DNA of 24,000 bases from Shewanella gelidimarina. Its GTDB lineage: Bacteria > Pseudomonadota > Gammaproteobacteria > Enterobacterales > Shewanellaceae. A program made the translations under genes and the position numbers. Position 1 is the stretch's first letter. Each line of letters opens with the position of its first letter. Positions 18,600-24,000 of the stretch are shown piece by piece. Where the stretch lies: contig NZ_JAKIKW010000001.1 of the NCBI RefSeq assembly GCF_023283945.1, forward strand, positions 26,807-50,806. Direction: 5' to 3'. Below the pieces are notes generated by a model. The model worked only from the letters and a program-made list of their open reading frames with translations, searched no databases and had not been told where the DNA came from.

Positions 18600-19652
18600 A
18601 TGAATAAACCGAAGAAAACGCCTACGACGCGAGCATCTGTGACAACTGGTAAGCCAGCTCCAAAACTCAATAAAGGGATGCATCCGCGTAACCTTCACAA
18701 TGCAGGCTATGACTTTCCCGCGCTAATGAGCAGTTATGGCGAACTTAAGCCATTTGTGAGTACTAATGCATTTGGTAATTTATCGATAGATTTTTCTGCG
18801 CCTAAAGCGGTTAAAGCACTCAATGCTGCTTTGCTTAAGCATCATTACGCTGTGAATGCTTGGGATATTCCGTCAGGATTCTTATGCCCACCGATCCCGG
18901 GACGGGCTGATTACATTCATCATGTAGCTGATCTGCTAGCGATAAAAAAATCGAGTAAGCAGCGTGTGCCTAAAGGTGAAAAAATTAGGGCGTTGGATAT
19001 TGGCACTGGGGCGAATGTTATTTATCCGCTATTGGGGATCCAATCTTATGGGTGGCAATTTGTGGGTAGCGATGTTGATCCTATTTCAATCAACAATGCC
19101 CAACAAATTTTTGCTAATAACCCCGATCTTAGTAACAAGTATTCCTCTCGCTTACAGTGCAACGCCCAACATGTATTTCAAGGTGTTATTGTTAAGGGTG
19201 ACCGTTTTGATGTCACTATCTGTAACCCGCCTTTTCACGCATCTCTTGCCGAAGCGAATGCCGGAACGACACGCAAACTTACTAACCTTGCCGCAAATCG
19301 TGCCGCTAAATCTGGGCAGAAAAGTACAGCTGCAGTACCACAAGATGATTCTGGAGTGCTTAATTTCGGTGGTCAAAAAGCGGAGCTTTGGTGTGAAGGT
19401 GGAGAGAGGCAGTTTTTGAGTAACATGATCACCGAAAGCCAAATGTTTGCCGATCAATGTTTATGGTTCACTACCTTAGTATCTAAAAAAGAGAATTTAA
19501 AGCCTGCGCAATCGTTACTGCAAAAAGTTAAAGCGCGTGAGATTAAAGTGATTGATATGCACCAAGGCAATAAAATCACTCGTATTTTGGCTTGGACCTT
19601 TCTAACTCTTGAACAGCAACAGCTATGGTTGCAATATCGCGATCAGTTTTAG
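18600..19652 (+). CDS. rlmF: 23S rRNA (adenine1618-N6)-methyltransferase
   Basis: Strong by-eye match to E. coli RlmF/YbiN: HPRN.H...YD, AVKALN.ALL.H.Y.V..WDIP.GFLCPP.PGRADYIHH.ADLL, the catalytic NPPFH, and LNFGGQ..ELWCEGGE. The ATG at 18600 (MNKPKK..) is preferred over the track GTG at 18576. Confidence 0.9.
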   Translation: MNKPKKTPTTRASVTTGKPAPKLNKGMHPRNLHNAGYDFPALMSSYGELKPFVSTNAFGNLSIDFSAPKAVKALNAALLKHHYAVNAWDIPSGFLCPPIPGRADYIHHVADLLAIKKSSKQRVPKGEKIRALDIGTGANVIYPLLGIQSYGWQFVGSDVDPISINNAQQIFANNPDLSNKYSSRLQCNAQHVFQGVIVKGDRFDVTICNPPFHASLAEANAGTTRKLTNLAANRAAKSGQKSTAAVPQDDSGVLNFGGQKAELWCEGGERQFLSNMITESQMFADQCLWFTTLVSKKENLKPAQSLLQKVKAREIKVIDMHQGNKITRILAWTFLTLEQQQLWLQYRDQF

Positions 19653-20023
19653 CTTACCAATGTAATTGAGTTAGCAGCAGGGGTTAATACCGATGAGATT
19701 AGATCGGTAGTCAATTCAGAAACGCTCAAGAATTTTAAATTCGCGTTTAATTAGTGATTATTTTGTTGAGCTTTCCGTACCGGTTGTGGTTTGGGAAAAC
19801 TGAAGTGTTAGCGATATTTGCGGATGTCCCCGGATATTGAAATCCATCATTCAGCAGTTGGAGATCTAACCGATGGGCTTTGTTAGGTATTTTATCGCGC
19901 CAAACTAGAAAAGCTGATGATAATATCACCCGCTTTTCTATGCGACGTTCTATTTGGCGTAACCACCAAGAAGTCTAGCAACTGTAGCGTAATCAAAGTA
20001 CGTTCTACAAAGTATTTTAAACG

Positions 20024-20929
20024 CTATTGTCCATTCCAGAGTAGCTTGCCACAATCAGTTAAGTCATAACCCCCGAGTGTTGCTGCTAGTTGCTTTGTTT
20101 GTGGCTCGGCCAGTAAATTGAATAAACGTTGTAGCTGACGTCTGAAGTAAATGCCTTGTGGCATAACAAAATCAAAAGACTCTGTTACCAATGGCACAAA
20201 GCTTAAACCACTTTCAAGTGCTACAGATTGACAACCGAAACCGATATCCGCATCACTTCTGGCAATATAACCCGCAAGTTCTCGCTCGCTTTGTGCCACT
20301 AAACTTGAGTTTAATTGCTCAAACGCAGCGCCTTGCTTCATTAGCCACTGCTCTAAGTGTTGTTGACTGCCAGCGCCAGCCTGGCGTGCAACCCAGCGCC
20401 AAGACTGTTGGGATATTTTGTCGAGTTCTTGGCAACGGTGATGCATATCGGGGCGCATCATTAAGCCTTGTTTACGAGTATAACCATGCACCATCACCCA
20501 TTGCTGGTGGTTTGCGTATCCTTGCAGTAAAGCAGGGTGACGAATTGCCCGCTCTTCAACGCTGCCCCAATGTAAAGTACATACATCAGCATAACCACGA
20601 GATAATAGGTCTAGCCCCAGACGGGAGCCCGTGGAGCTATAACTGATTAGCTCACTTTTACCAACCTGCGACATCATGCGTGCGACCAACATCGACAGTA
20701 AAGGGTCATCACTGCCAGTGATATGCATACGATCTGATAGCATACCGCTGTGGCAAGAGTCCATAATCCAACGGTCAATTAAGATTTTAGGAAAGAGCCA
20801 TTTACCAGTAATTTTAGTCGCGGGAAGAATACGATCATTCGCCATTGAGTAGACTTTTTTCTCATTGAGATCAAGATACTCTGAGACCTGTCTAGCACTC
20901 ATGTAGATCAGTTCTGTTGGCTCAGTCAT
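20024..20929 (-). CDS. Transcriptional regulator: excisionase/MerR-type HTH (HTH_17) fused to a PBP-like (molybdate/oxyanion-binding-like) domain
   Basis: 301 aa. The N-terminal MSARQVSEYLDLNEKKVYSMANDRILPATKITGKWLFPKILIDRWI is the HTH_17 pattern. The remaining ~230 aa resemble the PBP_like domain that, from memory, accompanies this HTH near molybdoenzyme and MoeA genes. It lies 45 nt downstream of fdhD on the same strand. Confidence 0.7.
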   Translation of the reverse strand: MTEPTELIYMSARQVSEYLDLNEKKVYSMANDRILPATKITGKWLFPKILIDRWIMDSCHSGMLSDRMHITGSDDPLLSMLVARMMSQVGKSELISYSSTGSRLGLDLLSRGYADVCTLHWGSVEERAIRHPALLQGYANHQQWVMVHGYTRKQGLMMRPDMHHRCQELDKISQQSWRWVARQAGAGSQQHLEQWLMKQGAAFEQLNSSLVAQSERELAGYIARSDADIGFGCQSVALESGLSFVPLVTESFDFVMPQGIYFRRQLQRLFNLLAEPQTKQLAATLGGYDLTDCGKLLWNGQ

Positions 20930-20974
20930 TTTCTGTCCTTGTGGCGCAAAATCGTTTGGTCATTATTTGGCAGG

Positions 20975-21814
20975 TTAAATAGCATCAAATTCAATGTTTT
21001 CAGCACCATTATAAACTAAAAAGTGGCGACCTTTAGCGCGAGCTATCATAGTGATCCCCATTTGTTGTGCTAACTCTAAGCCCATTTGCGTGGCGCCACT
21101 TCGAGAAAGCAAAACGGGTATGCCCATCTTGGCCACTTTAATCACCATTTCTGAGGTTAAGCGCCCTGTGGTATAGAATAATTTATTGTGTCCGAAATCA
21201 TGATTAAGCCACATCTCACCAGCAAGAGTATCAACCGCGTTGTGACGACCTACATCTTCAACAAAACCTTTTATCTGGTCGCCTTGGCATAAACCGCAAC
21301 CGTGTACGGCGCCGGCATTCTTATAAGTTTCGTTATAGGCACTTATATTATTAAGTAAGCTATAAATTGTACTTTGTTTAATTTGTGGTGTTGTCAGATT
21401 GATATCATCGAGGCCAGCCATAAAACTGCCGTATACCGTCCCTTGTCCACAACCTGAAGTGACTGTTTTCTCTGATAGTTTTTCATCTAAGTCTTCGATT
21501 GTTTCACTGGTAATAATCGCGGCTGAGCTGACATCCCAATCGACAATGACAGATTCGAGCTTGCTCAGGTCAGAAATAAAGCCCTGATTCTTGAGATAAC
21601 CTAACGCGAGAGCTTCTGCTCTGGCACCTAATGTCATCAAGGTCACTATCGGACGCCAGTTTAAATAAACAGTGAGTGGGCGTTCGCAAGCAATAAATTT
21701 ATCCACTTTTTCGCCCTTCTCATTAATTGCTGTCACTGCAATTGTCAGGGGGACTTCGGTGTTAGTTTTGATTAAAGTTGGGTTGCTCTTGTTTGCTGTC
21801 ATATAGCCCATCAT
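20975..21814 (-). CDS. fdhD: Formate dehydrogenase accessory sulfurtransferase FdhD
   Basis: 279 aa. By-eye alignment to E. coli FdhD shows EDVGRHNAVD (coli EDVGRHVALD) and a C-terminal S.EMV.K.A..G...L...S..T..A.E.A...... block. Alternative ATGs lie at 21811 and 21802. Confidence 0.88.
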   Translation of the reverse strand: MMGYMTANKSNPTLIKTNTEVPLTIAVTAINEKGEKVDKFIACERPLTVYLNWRPIVTLMTLGARAEALALGYLKNQGFISDLSKLESVIVDWDVSSAAIITSETIEDLDEKLSEKTVTSGCGQGTVYGSFMAGLDDINLTTPQIKQSTIYSLLNNISAYNETYKNAGAVHGCGLCQGDQIKGFVEDVGRHNAVDTLAGEMWLNHDFGHNKLFYTTGRLTSEMVIKVAKMGIPVLLSRSGATQMGLELAQQMGITMIARAKGRHFLVYNGAENIEFDAI

Positions 21815-21977
21815 CAGTTAAGAGAATTAAATACGTCTAATACTAAGCAATATCTGTACCTAACTTGATAGGAGATAAAGTTAGTGGCAGATCACATTTA
21901 TTAGCCATCAGTCGCCCTTTTATGTCCTATCGCAGATTGCAATTTGGACAAAATGTCCTAGTCTTGGATGATATTAG

Positions 21978-21991
21978 TTGATCCAGTTCAA
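21978..21991. promoter_or_regulatory. FNR/EtrA-type box candidate TTGATccagTTCAA in the fdhD / DUF3305 divergent intergenic region
   Basis: 9/10 match to TTGAT-N4-ATCAA. It lies 105-118 nt upstream of the DUF3305 ATG, beside genes linked to anaerobic formate oxidation. This is a single site and it is unverified. Confidence 0.3.
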
Positions 21992-22095
21992 ACTATTTTG
22001 CCCAAACTGTGTGGCACATAAATTGCTTTGTTAGATAAGTATCTATTTAGTTGGTCTGTCATTTAGGCAGCCATCTCAGGCAAGACGGAGACTGA

Positions 22096-22566
22096 ATGCA
22101 ACATACCGAAAGCCAATGGCCAATGTACGTTTCTCTTAAAAAGATTGAGACACAAGTCGGAAGATGGACCTCAGTACAGTGGGAAGTCGATCAAATACTT
22201 CCTGCTACCCACGCCGCACCAGAAGGTGCAACTCTCGTCTTGCTAGAACTGCATAAAGACGAACGCGGTAGTTACCGTATCAATATCGACATGGATAATG
22301 CGATGTTATACATCGTTTGTGATGAAAACCATGACGGTGACTGGATCCCCGCAGCCCTATCTGCTGATCAAAATGTTGCAGCAAGCTGCTTAGAAGGCGA
22401 TACCCCGGTGCTTAATATTCTGATGCCACCCGCTATCGCGTGTTGGATTGAAGCGTTTATTACTCGTCATGGTGAAGTTGAAATTAAGGCTCACCGCCGC
22501 GCAAAACATGTTAACCGTCGTAAAAATGAAGGTCCAAGTACTAATCATTTAGCGGGTAACTCATGA
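22096..22566 (+). CDS. DUF3305-family protein (uncharacterised, associated with formate-dehydrogenase/molybdoenzyme loci)
   Basis: 156-aa ORF. GGAG at 22087-22090 lies 5 nt before the ATG. Its stop overlaps the next start in ATGA (22563-22566). The family name is recalled from the characteristic pairing with DUF3306 next to fdhD and is not verified. Confidence 0.75.
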   Translation: MQHTESQWPMYVSLKKIETQVGRWTSVQWEVDQILPATHAAPEGATLVLLELHKDERGSYRINIDMDNAMLYIVCDENHDGDWIPAALSADQNVAASCLEGDTPVLNILMPPAIACWIEAFITRHGEVEIKAHRRAKHVNRRKNEGPSTNHLAGNS

Positions 22567-23186
22567 GTGGTTTGCTGTCACGTTGGAACTTGCGTCGACA
22601 GAAAGTAGAGCAGGAAGCTGATATCGAGGTGTCTGAAGCCGTTGAGGAACAATCGGTAACAGCTGAACTCGCAGCGTCAGAGACGACAACCACAGCAGAA
22701 AGTACTGATGCTGAGGTCATTGAGTCCGGCGAAGAAACACTGCTGACTGCGGAAGACCTTCCAGATCCAGAAAAGATTGAAGTTGGTGGCAGTTTTGCCA
22801 GCTTTATGGGTGCCAACGTAGACCCTGCTGCTAAATCTGCTGCACTAAAAGCCCTTTGGAAACAGCCTCACTTTAGTGAAATTGATGGGCTGCTTGAATA
22901 TGCACTGGACTACAGTAATCAACCTAAGTTGTCGGCTGAAGTATCTGCTGAATTGGCAAAGAAAGTATTCCGTCATGTCGTTGAAGAAAAAGATGATGAG
23001 GAGGAGAACGAAATTGAAACAGTTTCAGAGCTTGAGTCAGATGAGATGACCGACGCTGAAAATACTGTTGAAACTGAAGTTGTTAGCGATACTAAACAGG
23101 TATCGGACATTTTGGACGTTGATGATGATGAATTAGCCCAAAATGAACCAGAGCACCCAGACGTCATAACAAACAAAGTTGTTTAA
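22563..23186 (+). CDS. DUF3306-family protein; basic N-terminal peptide and strongly acidic, probably disordered remainder
   Basis: 207 aa. The N-terminus is MSGLLSRWNLRRQK. There is a conserved-looking core, DLPDPEKIEVGGSFASFM...ALKALW..PHF...DGL..YALDY. E/D-rich tracts flank it. The gene is translationally coupled to DUF3305. Confidence 0.75.
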   Translation: MSGLLSRWNLRRQKVEQEADIEVSEAVEEQSVTAELAASETTTTAESTDAEVIESGEETLLTAEDLPDPEKIEVGGSFASFMGANVDPAAKSAALKALWKQPHFSEIDGLLEYALDYSNQPKLSAEVSAELAKKVFRHVVEEKDDEEENEIETVSELESDEMTDAENTVETEVVSDTKQVSDILDVDDDELAQNEPEHPDVITNKVV

Positions 23187-23330
23187 CGTCAGTATAGAGT
23201 GTTTTTAATTCCACAATATTGGTATGTGAATTGCTGTACTTAGGGTAAAGCTGGCGTTAATGATAGACGCATTAAATAAACAGCAACTTATAAGTATAGA
23301 AGCAGCCAAAGAACTGTTCAGGAACGCAAT

Positions 23331-24000
23331 GTGAGCAATCGTGAAACACAAGTTGGACTCAAAGAGGTTCGACAACAGGTTCTTGCTGGGACCCAGGTTA
23401 TTCAAAATCTAATCCCACCGACCGTGAGTTATACCACCGAGGGCAATGTGCTCGTTATCGGGCCAGAAGATTTGGCGCGTCTAGCAGCTGACAAATTGTC
23501 CCACATGGGTAAGTGTGCCATTTTGGCAAACGAAGCCATCACTAGCCAAGACGAAGCACATCTAGAGCTCGTCATGACTTCAGCCGAAGATGTTGAGAGC
23601 TATTACAACAAGCTTATCGAGATAAAAGGTTTCCTTGGTCAATTCCAAGTTAAAGTTGAACATGAAGAGGGTAGTGCGGATTTAAGTGTTGTTGCTATTC
23701 GTAAAGCGCATTTCGACTTGATTCTTGATTTGAGCATGAGTCCTTGTATTAACCTTGAAATGCTACCGCCTGGCTATTTTTATGTTGGCCAAGATCAAGC
23801 CAAACTAGCCGAAGCTATTGAGCAGTTACCCGATCTAATCGGCGAGTTCGACAAGCCGCGTTATATCAAAGTTAATAGCGACATCTGCGCACATAATCGT
23901 AATGGTAATGAAGGTTGTACTCGTTGCTTGAATTTCTGCCCCGCAGATGCGATTGCCAGTGTTGAGAAAAAAATCGAAATCGATCCATACCTCTGCCACG
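23331..24000 (+). CDS. 4Fe-4S cluster-binding protein, 5' part (runs off the window)
   Basis: The frame is open from GTG 23331 (AGGA 7 nt upstream) to the window end. GTG 23331 is the first start codon after the in-frame TAA at 23277-23279. A ferredoxin-type motif CAHNRNGNEGCTRCLNFCP lies at 23886-23942, and the start of a second motif (..DPYLCH) sits at the window edge. The ORF is not in the track because no stop is reached. Confidence 0.8.
   Translation, partial: MSNRETQVGLKEVRQQVLAGTQVIQNLIPPTVSYTTEGNVLVIGPEDLARLAADKLSHMGKCAILANEAITSQDEAHLELVMTSAEDVESYYNKLIEIKGFLGQFQVKVEHEEGSADLSVVAIRKAHFDLILDLSMSPCINLEMLPPGYFYVGQDQAKLAEAIEQLPDLIGEFDKPRYIKVNSDICAHNRNGNEGCTRCLNFCPADAIASVEKKIEIDPYLCH

Noticed and set aside
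18964-19457. 151-aa plus-strand (18964-19419) and 101-aa minus-strand (19152-19457) ORFs within rlmF
   Set aside because: rlmF is confirmed by long by-eye identity to E. coli RlmF. These are alternative-frame and antisense artefacts.
20191-20646. 151-aa plus-strand ORF inside the HTH/PBP regulator gene
   Set aside because: It is a shadow ORF antisense to a gene with clear domain motifs, and it has no motifs of its own.
22008-22018. TGTGtggCACA, a CRP-like element upstream of the DUF3305 gene
   Set aside because: The half-site spacing is 3 nt, not the 6 nt of the TGTGA-N6-TCACA CRP consensus, and only 4-nt arms are complementary.
22541-23176. Ser-rich minus-strand ORFs (22541-22816 and 22973-23176) opposite the DUF3306 gene
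   Set aside because: They are the reverse-complement consequence of the GAA/GAT/GAG-rich acidic tracts. Their extreme Ser/Thr bias carries no other signal.
23205-23405. 66-aa minus-strand ORF spanning the DUF3306/FeS spacer and the start of the FeS gene
   Set aside because: It overlaps the well-supported GTG-initiated ferredoxin-type gene and has no SD or motifs.

Overview
The window looks like ordinary gammaproteobacterial chromosome. Gene content and order (GlyGly-CTERM protease, gltS, ubiC/FliL-like/rlmF, fdhD with DUF3305/DUF3306) suggest Shewanella or a related member of the Alteromonadales; this is inference and has not been searched. I support 23 CDSs in four blocks. (1) ~1-5100 is an AT-richer LPS-core-type glycan locus. 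It holds a WavE-like protein, a GT4 glycosyltransferase, and a tightly overlapped minus-strand trio: HAD phosphatase, NTase-like/kinase fusion, and sugar-phosphate nucleotidyltransferase. (2) 5300-11900 is housekeeping and transport: an unlisted 53-aa lysine-rich ORF, gltS, a LysE-family exporter, a PlsC-type acyltransferase, a secreted NTF2-like protein, an NRDE/TANGO2-like protein, a His-rich ZIP-like membrane protein and a MarC-family protein. (3) 12000-19650 carries a clan GH-G (GH63/GH37-like) glycosidase, a PrtV-like M6 metalloprotease with two PKD domains and a GlyGly-CTERM sorting tail, ubiC, an orphan FliL-like protein and rlmF. (4) 20000-24000 is the accessory end of a formate-dehydrogenase/molybdoenzyme locus. 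fdhD plus an HTH/PBP-like regulator sit on the minus strand, divergent from DUF3305, DUF3306 and a partial 4Fe-4S protein. I see no rRNA, tRNA, CRISPR array, IS element, integrase or recognisable defence or toxin-antitoxin genes. The two least-characterised multi-gene modules, and my best candidates for new biology, are the kinase/phosphatase/NTase trio in the LPS locus and the DUF3305-DUF3306-FeS module. Neither is a demonstrably new system from sequence alone. All family calls come from motifs read by eye and from memory of the families; no searches were run.
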